Assembly: GCA_963665325.3 (NCBI GenBank)
Contig: OZ224045.1
Coordinates: forward strand, 160,001 to 224,000
Length of the DNA: 64,000 nucleotides
Direction of reading: 5' to 3'
DNA from: Alphaproteobacteria bacterium
GTDB lineage: Bacteria; Pseudomonadota; Alphaproteobacteria; Bin95
The notes beneath the pieces are model-generated. The model was not told where the DNA came from. It did no database searches and saw only the letters and a list, made by a program, of their open reading frames with translations. Below, in pieces: positions 28,801 to 36,267 of the stretch (position 1 is its first letter; each line of letters starts with the position of its first letter). Both the position numbers and the translations under genes were made by a program.

Positions 28801-29588
28801 GTGTGCTGCTCGCGACCCACGCGGTAGCATTGTTCCGGGTAGATCCAGAATGGACGACCGCGCATCTCCTGCCCTTCTTCTCGTGGGACAAGGATGAGGC
28901 GGAAGCGGCGGCGGCATGGGAGGGGTTCCTGTGGGAGCCCCGGTTCCACCCCCCGCTGATGAAGGCTCTCGAGCATGACTTTTTCGCCGCCGCGGGACGC
29001 TTCGGCCGGCTGGGGAAACATGGCGGCCAGTATGTGCGCCTGCTGACCTTCGGTGCGCTTGAGCCGGTGGATGTCTTTTGCCCCGCAAAATACGCAACGG
29101 CCATGACGGCGTTGCCGCCGGAAGGACACGGCCATGCCGCCGATGCCCTGTTCCGGGCCGTCGACAGCGCCGGAGACCGCCGGGAGGAATACTGGAGAAA
29201 CAGGGCTGTTCCCTGGCTGAAGAATATCTGGCCACAGAGAACCAACGATTCGGAGGAGACCTCGAACGCCTTGGGACAGGCCTGCATCGCCGCGGGCGAC
29301 GCCTTCCCCGACGCTCTGGCGCAGGTGAAGCCGTGGCTGCTGAAACTGCAATACCCAGATGGAATCGTCACGCATGCGCTTCACGAAGCGGGAATGGGCT
29401 GCCGATTCCCCTGCGCGGCGCTCGAACTCTTGGACAAAGTAGTCGACGACGAGGCGGTGCTCTATTCCCGCAAGATACGGGACGTCCTGCTGACCGTGCG
29501 TGCCGCCGCCCCTGCGTTCGCCTATGATCGCCGCTTCCGAAGGTTGGCAGACATTGTGCGAAAGAGTGGCCAGAGTATGGACGACTGA
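25890..29588 (+). CDS. dsr1: Defence-associated sirtuin, Dsr1-like (SIR2_2 + long helical C-terminus)
   Basis: MQFVRSGPDVPERLLQAHEDERVVFFCGAGIS, LVTTNFD, YLHG, FVGYSIEDP; about 1230 aa. Confidence 0.85.
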   Translation: MQFVRSGPDVPERLLQAHEDERVVFFCGAGISRPAGLPDFKGLVEQLYKPEQMEPDVNAVLDDAIKANQYDKAVHLLDEHRADGRATVRQEMARILLKPDCPDDAVRTHRALLSLGRSRDGRTRLVTTNFDRLFERAISLDGLSTKRFEAPALPVPKQRWDGLVYLHGLLPDGPGDSELEDIVVSSGDFGLAYLDEGWAARFVSALFREFTVCFVGYSIEDPVLRYLVDALAADRLRGEDPSEVFAFGDYCEKEDAARAGREWRAKNVTPILYRDREEHAALHDTLREWADIYRDGMRGKERIVEREARGNPAAVTNDDNFVGRIRWALSEPGSLPAKRFAEMDPPPPLDWLDHLEDMVFLAGPGAPEDSQDRVKGHLTHWLTRHLNDHKLLLRLASPGGKPHWLMAEMIARRLQESPDAVPDPLMRKLWGLVIAGRVKGNPSSGLVLIHDWGKRFAREGLTTALRLELREILAPCVSLSAARHNRKSLSALLAAPDGEGTAAPEPDDAEGGIPEGLQHLLEPTRDFVLATGSVHGPLRRLAESENWRAALPALLDDFTGLLRDALDLMRDIGIADDRRDLSVSTRPSISEHPQNRDFYDWTALIELNRDAWLAAAECSPEHALAAAEGWMRIPYPVFRRLAFFAAARQPGPVAPASGLDWLLRNDGRCLWDRNVKREVCRLIVALSPALCAAGMDRLEQAVLAGPPRRMYPPDLEEEDWTRRRQHDIGVRLVRMDRDALSAGAQGILDDLSATHPDLEDEREEFCSWHFEGPVRVDKPILTPTAEGALVDWLRDNPGDSDPWAEETDDWRWRCRVDFDTAAAALKTLAGEETWHPARWGTALGAWSDKELLTRSWEDMGPVLKRMPQERLQEIPDAVSPWLLMLAPDFDNHEDTFLFLCERLLALEYKDESAGDDPVDDAINHSVGKTTEALLRWWYRGDLKNGQGLEARLRSIFVKLCEREKRHLRHGRVLLATHAVALFRVDPEWTTAHLLPFFSWDKDEAEAAAAWEGFLWEPRFHPPLMKALEHDFFAAAGRFGRLGKHGGQYVRLLTFGALEPVDVFCPAKYATAMTALPPEGHGHAADALFRAVDSAGDRREEYWRNRAVPWLKNIWPQRTNDSEETSNALGQACIAAGDAFPDALAQVKPWLLKLQYPDGIVTHALHEAGMGCRFPCAALELLDKVVDDEAVLYSRKIRDVLLTVRAAAPAFAYDRRFRRLADIVRKSGQSMDD

Positions 29589-29736
29589 AAATATCTCTGC
29601 GCAACGGATTGGGGCTGCCGCTAGGCATGACTAAAGTGGCACAAGACATCAAGCAAAGTCACGGCGAATAAGTGCAACATGTCAATGGGTTGCAAATCAA
29701 GTTCGTGATAGGTTCCCACAAACAACGGATCGGCTA

Positions 29737-29826
29737 TGGCGGATGGGGTGGGATTCGAACCCACGGTGGGTTTGCACCCACGCCGGTTTTCAAGACCGGT
29801 GCATTCAACCGCTCTGCCACCCATCC
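29737..29826 (-). tRNA. tRNA-Ser (anticodon TGA)
   Basis: GGATGGG acceptor stem, CCGGT-CTTGAAA-ACCGG anticodon arm, long variable arm, GGTTCGAATCC T-arm, G discriminator + CCA; 90 nt. Confidence 0.98.
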
Positions 29827-29927
29827 GGAAGGTCGGGCCGGGCGCGCGCCGGCCCCGTGCAGCCGCCGCGCCATCCTGCTAGGGTGCCGGCCTCGGAACA
29901 AGTCGGATCACGAAAGGCGCGTCTTCC

Positions 29928-31013
29928 ATGAAGGTCGGCATTCTCTTCACCTCGCACCCGGACCCGAAGTCCGAGCCCTATCCGCATCAGGCCATTCACG
30001 AGCGGACCACGCGCGAAATTCTCGAAGCCGAGGAGCTGGGCTTCGACAGCGTGTGGATCGCCGAGCACCATTTCTCGAACAAGTACGGCATCCTGCCGGA
30101 CCCGTTCAGCTATCTCTCCTATCTGGCTGCGAAGACTACGAGAATCCAGTTGGGCGCAGCCGTCATGGTCGTTCCGCTGCACCATCCCATGCGCATCGTC
30201 GAGAATGCGGCCTTCGTCGATATCCTGAGCAACGGCCGCTTCCAGCTCGGCCTCGGCTCCGGCTACCGCCCCTACGAGTTCGAGGGCCTTGGCATCAGCT
30301 ACGAGGAACGGCGCGAAATCCAGGCCGAGGCGATCCCGCTGATCCTGGACGGCTTCCACAAGAAGCGGGTGAATGCCGACGGCAAGTATTTCCAGATCGA
30401 GATGGACGACACTTACGAGATCTTCCCGCAGCCGGTGCAGCAGCCGCACCCGCCCTTCTACATGGGGGCCGGCACGGACGGCTCGATCCGCATGGCGGCG
30501 CGGAATGGCTTCGGCCTCATGCAGTCCTCGCTGCCCTCGGCCGCCACGATCGGCGAGCATATCGCGGTCTATCGCGAGCACATGGCGGAAGCGCCGGCCC
30601 CGCTCAATGCCAACCCGGCATTCGGCGAGGTGGACGTGGTGCGCATGACCTATGTCGCGCCGACGGACGCAAAGGCGCGCGAGCAGAGCGAGGCCGGCAT
30701 CACCCACCACATGAAGACCTTCCTCAGCGGCGCGGTCGGGCGGTATCTCGGCGACGTGACCGAAAAGGCCGACGAGAGCCAGTTCGCCTATGAGCATCTG
30801 GTGAAGGACACCATCCTGCACGGCTCGCCGGACACCGTGCTGCGCAAGATCGAGGCGTTTCGTGACGTCGGCACGACCTCGCTGATGATCCACTATCCGC
30901 CCTATTACGGCGTGGAGCAGACGCTCGACATGTTGCGGCTGTTTGCCGCCGAGGTGTTGCCGGAACTGAAGCGGATGGAAACGGGGACCGCGCCGCTGCG
31001 CGCCGCCGAGTAG
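29928..31013 (+). CDS. LLM-class flavin-dependent oxidoreductase (luciferase-like)
   Basis: AEELGFDSVWIAEHHF, DILSNGRFQLGLGSGY, PVQQPHPP. Confidence 0.92.
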   Translation: MKVGILFTSHPDPKSEPYPHQAIHERTTREILEAEELGFDSVWIAEHHFSNKYGILPDPFSYLSYLAAKTTRIQLGAAVMVVPLHHPMRIVENAAFVDILSNGRFQLGLGSGYRPYEFEGLGISYEERREIQAEAIPLILDGFHKKRVNADGKYFQIEMDDTYEIFPQPVQQPHPPFYMGAGTDGSIRMAARNGFGLMQSSLPSAATIGEHIAVYREHMAEAPAPLNANPAFGEVDVVRMTYVAPTDAKAREQSEAGITHHMKTFLSGAVGRYLGDVTEKADESQFAYEHLVKDTILHGSPDTVLRKIEAFRDVGTTSLMIHYPPYYGVEQTLDMLRLFAAEVLPELKRMETGTAPLRAAE

Positions 31014-31020
31014 ACCGCCG

Positions 31021-32169
31021 GTGGCCTGGGGGGAGATCACCGAAGAGCGGCTGGCGGAAGCGTCCGCGCTGATCGGCCAGCCCTTGCGCCGGTCCCGGTT
31101 GCAATGGATCGAGACGGCGACGCGCGACGCCATCCGCCATTTCGCCTGGGGCGTGGGCGACAACAACCCGCTCTGGCTGGACGAGGATTACGCCGCAAGG
31201 TCGCCTGCCGGCGGCATCGTCGCGCCGCCCTGCATCCTCTATGCCGTGGACATGACCATCGTTGCGCCCAAGCTCTCCGGCGTGCAGTGGATCTATGCGG
31301 GGACCGAATTCACCTGGTTCGACCGCATCCGCCTCGACACCCGCTTCGAAGTCGAGGCGCGCCTTGTGCGGCAGGAGACAAAGTCGGGCCGGCGCTTCGC
31401 CAGGTGGGTGCTGCAGACCGGCGAGGTGGAGTATCGCGACAGCAGCAACGGCCAGGTTGTCGCAAAGGCGGTCGGGCAGGTCGCCCGCACACCGCGCGGC
31501 GAGCAGTTGAAGGCGGAGCGGGACGGCGAGGTGACGAGCGCAGCCGCCCACCGCTACACGCCGGAGGAACTCGACGAGATCGAACGCGAAGTGCTCGCTG
31601 AAAACCGCCGGGGGACCGAGCCGCTGTTCTGGGAGGATGTTTCGGTCGGCGACTCGGTGCCTCCGGCCGTGAAGGGGCCGCTTACAATCACCGATATCGT
31701 GGCGTGGTATTCGGCGACGCAGGGCGCAATGCCCTATGGCGGGGCGCATGGCGATGCGGTGCGCTACCGCCGACGCCATGACGACTACCACATCAACCCG
31801 GAGACCGGCGCCAAGGACGCCGCCGGCCGCGGTCATCTCGAAGCCGCCACCGGCCGCGATGTCGGCATGGGCGGCGCTTACGATGTCGGGCCGCAGCGTA
31901 TCGCTTGGGCACAGCACATGCTGACCGACTGGATCGGCGACCACGGCTTCCTGCACCGGCTGAGCGTCTCCGTGCGCCGCCCCAACCTCGTGGGCGATAC
32001 GATCTGGTGGCGGGGCAGGGTGACGGACAAGCGGGAGGCCGGCGGCGCCATGCTGGTCGATCTCGATGTCGAGGCGCGGAACCAGATGGACGCCGTCTCG
32101 GCCTTCGGGACAGCGATCGTTGCACTGCCTTCCCGGCAGAAGGGGCCGGTGCCCCTGCCGCTATCGTGA
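31021..32169 (+). CDS. Double MaoC/hotdog-fold dehydratase
   Basis: DAIRHFAWGVGDNNPLWLDEDYA, second domain with VGDTIWWRGRV. Confidence 0.85.
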   Translation: MAWGEITEERLAEASALIGQPLRRSRLQWIETATRDAIRHFAWGVGDNNPLWLDEDYAARSPAGGIVAPPCILYAVDMTIVAPKLSGVQWIYAGTEFTWFDRIRLDTRFEVEARLVRQETKSGRRFARWVLQTGEVEYRDSSNGQVVAKAVGQVARTPRGEQLKAERDGEVTSAAAHRYTPEELDEIEREVLAENRRGTEPLFWEDVSVGDSVPPAVKGPLTITDIVAWYSATQGAMPYGGAHGDAVRYRRRHDDYHINPETGAKDAAGRGHLEAATGRDVGMGGAYDVGPQRIAWAQHMLTDWIGDHGFLHRLSVSVRRPNLVGDTIWWRGRVTDKREAGGAMLVDLDVEARNQMDAVSAFGTAIVALPSRQKGPVPLPLS

Positions 32170-33869
32170 AGGAAATGCGCCGGCTGCCGATAGGAAGCGT
32201 CCCGGCCTCCTTCGAGGGCGAGGGGCGCGCCGGCGCCTATGCCGAAGAGTGGCTCGCCATGGCTGGTGCGGAAATTGCGCCGGGCGGTCCGCCAATCCGA
32301 CTTTGGGATTTCCAGGTCGGCATGGAAGGAAGCGGCGCGGACGCCTCGGCCGTTTCCGGGCCGGCTGCCGCCATCGGCCATGCGGACGGTCCGTGTGTGC
32401 CTCTGCCGGCGGACATGCCGGAGAAGTGGTGCGGCCTCGTCGGCGCGATCCTTGCACTCGCCGAAGCCTGGCGGGGAATAGAAGGACGCTCGCCCGAATA
32501 CGATGTCTCGGCGGCGGACATCATGCGCGCCTTCGCGCTCCAGAACTCCGGTACGCCGGAGGATCGGCGACGCCTTTGGAAGCGCAACGGGCGCATTTGC
32601 GTCGAGCATGGCCTCATCTTTCCGATGGGCTTCTTCGCTTGCCGGGACGGCCATGTCGCGCTGCTCGGGCGCTCCCGGCGCGATTGGCGGCGAATCGCGG
32701 CGGCGCTGGGCGACCCTGAATGGACACACCGGCCGGGCTACGACAATCCATTTACGCTAGCGAAGGACAGTGCGGAGGCAGACGCGCTGCTGGAGGAAAC
32801 GCTCGCGGACAAGACACGGGACGACCTGTTGGCGCGGGGCCTGGAGGAAGGCGCGGTCGTCGCCCCGGTTTACAGCTACGACGAGGCGCAGGCCCGCGGC
32901 GTGTTCCGGCCGGGCTTCGAGGAGCCGGCCATGCCGTTTCTGGCGGAGCCGCTGGGCAATAGGGCGGCTGTTGGCGGGCAGAAGCGGGGCGGCCCCTCCG
33001 GACCGCTGGAAGGGCTCGTCTGCATCGAACTCTGCTGGATCTGGTCGGGGCCAATGGTCGGGCAGCTGCTTGCCGATCTCGGCGCGGAGGTCATCAAGGT
33101 CGAGTCGCCCGACCGCTTCGACCTCTACCGCACGCGGGGTCTGGAACATCTGAGGGGCGAGATGGACGAGCAGGTACGGCTCGAAAGCTCCCTCTATTTC
33201 CACAGCCTGAACCGCAACAAGACAGGGCTCTCGCTCAATCTCAAGTCGGAGGAGGGCAGGGCGCGGCTGCTTGAAGTCGTCGCGCGGGCCGACCTGCTGA
33301 TCGAGAACTTCACCGTCGGGACGATGGACCGCATGGGCCTCGGCCGGGAAGTGCTGGCGCGCGCCAATCCAGGCTTGGTCTCCCTCTCAATGAGTGGACC
33401 GGGCAAGGGCTCGGCGGTGGAACGGCTGCGCTCCTACGGGCTGGTGCTGAGCGCGCTCGGGGGCGCCGAGATGCTCATTCGCGACGATGCGGGGGCCTTC
33501 ATCGGCTCGCCTACCTTTTCGATCAGCGACCCGAACGCGGCCTGCTTCGGAGCGCTGGCGGCGCTTGCCGCGCTGGTCGCCCGGGACCGGGACGGGCAGG
33601 GCCGAACGCTCGACCTCTCACAGATCGAGGCGGCCGCCGCGCTCGCCGCAACGCCGGCCGTCGGCCCGCCGCGGCCGATGACGGTGCCGGTGGTGGAGCT
33701 CGACGACAGCGATGCCTCGCCGGCCTTCGCGGACTGCTCTGGCTGGATCGAGGCGCATCACCCGGTTACCGGCGCGGAACTGCTGGTGGCCGCGCCCTGG
33801 CGGGTGGACGGCAGGCGCCCGCCATTTCGCAAACCCGCACCGATGCTCGACCGAGGAGCCGAGAGATGA
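32166..33869 (+). CDS. CoA-transferase family III (CaiB/BaiF-like), two-module
   Basis: GPLEGL, LLADLGAEVIKVE, LNRNK, ADLLIENF; GTGA overlap with upstream gene. Confidence 0.85.
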   Translation: MKEMRRLPIGSVPASFEGEGRAGAYAEEWLAMAGAEIAPGGPPIRLWDFQVGMEGSGADASAVSGPAAAIGHADGPCVPLPADMPEKWCGLVGAILALAEAWRGIEGRSPEYDVSAADIMRAFALQNSGTPEDRRRLWKRNGRICVEHGLIFPMGFFACRDGHVALLGRSRRDWRRIAAALGDPEWTHRPGYDNPFTLAKDSAEADALLEETLADKTRDDLLARGLEEGAVVAPVYSYDEAQARGVFRPGFEEPAMPFLAEPLGNRAAVGGQKRGGPSGPLEGLVCIELCWIWSGPMVGQLLADLGAEVIKVESPDRFDLYRTRGLEHLRGEMDEQVRLESSLYFHSLNRNKTGLSLNLKSEEGRARLLEVVARADLLIENFTVGTMDRMGLGREVLARANPGLVSLSMSGPGKGSAVERLRSYGLVLSALGGAEMLIRDDAGAFIGSPTFSISDPNAACFGALAALAALVARDRDGQGRTLDLSQIEAAAALAATPAVGPPRPMTVPVVELDDSDASPAFADCSGWIEAHHPVTGAELLVAAPWRVDGRRPPFRKPAPMLDRGAER

Positions 33870-35443
33870 TCCGCATCATGGGCAAGACGCCGCATGCGAC
33901 CACCCTGCGCGACCTGGTGACGATGCGGGCTGCGCTCGGCGACAAGCCGCTGCTGATCTGCCGGGACGAGGTGCTGACCTATTCGGACGCCGACCGACTC
34001 TCGAACCGTGTGGCCAATGCCCTGCTGGAACGCGGCCTGGCCAAGGGTGATGTCGTGGCGACCTTCATGTACAACTCGCTGGCGCAGGCGATTATCTGGT
34101 TCGCCTGCGCCAAGATCGGCGCGGTCTATGCAGCGCTCAATGTTTCCCTGGCCCGCGACGACCTTGCCTACAGCCTGAACGACACCGGCGCGAAATTGCT
34201 CGTTGCAGACGACGAACTGATGGATGTTTGCGAAGCGGCGGCAGGCAGTTTTTCGGCGCCCCCGCCGGTGCTGGTCCACGGCGCGCCGCGCGCGGGATAT
34301 GGCGCGTGGGAGGAGCTCCTGACAGGTTCGGAGGCGCTTCCCGAGGCGGAGGTCGGGCCGACCGACCCCGTCGCGATCGTCTATACCGGCGGCAGCACAT
34401 CTATGCCGAAAGGCGTGCTCGTCTCCCACCTCTATTACATCGGCGCCGCCATTCGCTATGCGGAGATCGCCGAGGCGGGCCCCGACGACGTGCATTTCGC
34501 CAACTCGCATTTCTTCCATATCGGCGGCCAGCAATTCGGCGTCACCGGGCCGCTCTACACCGGCATGACCGGCGTGATGCACAAATGGTTCAGCGCCTCG
34601 CGCTACTGGGAGACGGTGCATCGCTACGGCGCGACGATCATCGACCCGCTGGGCACGATGATGTCCGTGCTGCTGTTGCGTCCGGAAAGCGAACTCGACC
34701 GCTCACACCGGGTCAAGGTCGGCGTGGGCATTGCCTCGGGCCAGGTCCGGCGGGAGCTTCGCGACGAGTTTGAGGCTCGATTCGGTATCCCCATGCTTGA
34801 GGTCTATGCGATGACCGAGATGGGCGTGTTGCTCTGCTCCGAGCGCCTGCACGACCGCAAGCTCGGAACCTGCGGCAAGCCGCACGGATGGGCCGAAATC
34901 ATGGTCGCGGATGCCGATGACAATCCGCTCCCGGCAGGCACAACGGGCCAGTTGCTGCTGCGACCCAAGGTGCCGAACACCTACATGACCGAATACATCA
35001 ACAAGCCGGAAGCGACCCTCGCGGCCTGGCGCAACCTCTGGTACCACTCGGGCGACCTCGGCTGGCTCGACGAGGACGGCTATGTCCATTTCGTCGGCCG
35101 CGAAGCGCACTGGATCCGCCGGCGCGGCGAGAATGTTTCGGCTTTCGAGGTGGAGAAAGCGATCACTGCCCATGACGCGATTGTGGATTGTGCCTGTGTC
35201 GGTGTGCCTTCCGACCTGGGAGAAGAGGACATCAAAGCCTACGTGCAGGCCTCGGGGCCGGTGGAGCCGCATGCGTTGGTCGAGTGGTGCCGCGAACGGA
35301 TCGCCTATTTCAAGGCGCCCCGCTATATCGAGTTCGTCGATGACTTTCCCCGCACGATGACCAAGAATGAAATCGCGCGCCACGAATTGCGTGAACGCGG
35401 GATCGGCGCCTGCTGGGACGCCGAGTCGAACCGTGCTGTATAA
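33866..35443 (+). CDS. Acyl-CoA ligase (CaiC-like AMP-binding enzyme)
   Basis: YTGGSTSMPKG, YAMTE, WYHSGDLG, IRRRGENVS. Confidence 0.92.
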   Translation: MIRIMGKTPHATTLRDLVTMRAALGDKPLLICRDEVLTYSDADRLSNRVANALLERGLAKGDVVATFMYNSLAQAIIWFACAKIGAVYAALNVSLARDDLAYSLNDTGAKLLVADDELMDVCEAAAGSFSAPPPVLVHGAPRAGYGAWEELLTGSEALPEAEVGPTDPVAIVYTGGSTSMPKGVLVSHLYYIGAAIRYAEIAEAGPDDVHFANSHFFHIGGQQFGVTGPLYTGMTGVMHKWFSASRYWETVHRYGATIIDPLGTMMSVLLLRPESELDRSHRVKVGVGIASGQVRRELRDEFEARFGIPMLEVYAMTEMGVLLCSERLHDRKLGTCGKPHGWAEIMVADADDNPLPAGTTGQLLLRPKVPNTYMTEYINKPEATLAAWRNLWYHSGDLGWLDEDGYVHFVGREAHWIRRRGENVSAFEVEKAITAHDAIVDCACVGVPSDLGEEDIKAYVQASGPVEPHALVEWCRERIAYFKAPRYIEFVDDFPRTMTKNEIARHELRERGIGACWDAESNRAV

Positions 35444-35524
35444 TCGTCCAATTGCAGCGCTGGCGCGGCGGCGGCGGCGCTCTATGATTGGTGCATATGG
35501 CTGCGGCAGGGGTGACCGGCGGGT

Positions 35525-36262
35525 ATGAGGTTGCGGATCAAGCTGGGATTGGCGCTGCTCGTCGGCGTCGTCCTGTCCCTTGGGCTCGTCGTTCATGCCG
35601 CCCTGGACACGTTCGACCGCGAGCTTCAAACCGTGAAGACATCGCATTTCGGCTTCACGGTCGATGAAATCGCCCATGCAATCACCGTCCGGACCGACCT
35701 CGGCCTGCGGCTCGAAACTATTCCGGAGATTGCCGCGCTGCTCGACCGGACCCAGGCGGCCGATTCCGACGTCGACCGCCTGCTCGTTATCGACGCCGAC
35801 GGCCGGGTCGTGTTCTCGACCGACCAGACCGATCTCGGGACGACGGTCGAAATGCACGATCGCGAAGGGCGTTGGACGCGGACCGATGAACGGGCGGTGA
35901 TCGTCGGCAGCCCGCTCATCAATAATTTCGGCAAGGTGGTCGGCGGCGTTCTGCTGGAGAGTGAGATCAGGCACCGCGCCCCGCTGCGCGAGCGCGCGGC
36001 CATCACGGTGTTCGGCATTGCAGCCGGGGTGTTGGCGGCCTGCCTGTTGCTTGTGTTCCTGTTTGCCAGTTGGGTATTCCGTCCTCTCCTCGACATGCTC
36101 AGGCAAAGCGACACCTCCCTCTTGGCGATGGCCGAAGGCCAGGCGGCCAATCTGGAAGGCGCGCCGCCGTCGCTTGCGGGCTTCCACGAGGCCGCAACCG
36201 GGATAATGGCCAAGCTCGACGCCGATGCGCGCGAGATCGACCGGCTGGATCGAATCGGATAA
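35525..36262 (+). CDS. Two-TM membrane protein with periplasmic Cache-like domain
   Basis: Two hydrophobic helices flanking VIDADGRVVFST..PLINNFGKVVGGV; paralogue of 42291-43043. Confidence 0.75.
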   Translation: MRLRIKLGLALLVGVVLSLGLVVHAALDTFDRELQTVKTSHFGFTVDEIAHAITVRTDLGLRLETIPEIAALLDRTQAADSDVDRLLVIDADGRVVFSTDQTDLGTTVEMHDREGRWTRTDERAVIVGSPLINNFGKVVGGVLLESEIRHRAPLRERAAITVFGIAAGVLAACLLLVFLFASWVFRPLLDMLRQSDTSLLAMAEGQAANLEGAPPSLAGFHEAATGIMAKLDADAREIDRLDRIG

Positions 36263-36267
36263 CGGGC

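Larger units (their letters stand above)
25104..29737. mobile_element. 4.6-kb non-autonomous element (element 2) directly at tRNA-Ser 3' end
   Basis: TIRs AAAGCCGATCCGCTTTTTGTGGGA (25104-25127) and TCCCACAAACAACGGATCGGCTAT (29714-29737) match 21/24; flanked by GGCGGATGG; no transposase. Confidence 0.85.

Noticed and set aside
3003-29737. Classical integrase-driven genomic island or prophage at tRNA-Ser
   Set aside because: No tyrosine or serine recombinase or phage gene was recognised. The 18-bp direct match at 25086/29729 is explained by TIR end plus 9-bp duplication.
29727-29746. GGATC/GGATG (AlwI/FokI-like sites) at the element-tRNA junction as the nuclease target
   Set aside because: GGATC is not conserved in the element-1 ends and 5-mers are common; too speculative.
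29621-29931. Short ORFs across the tRNA
   Set aside because: They are translations of the tRNA-Ser sequence.
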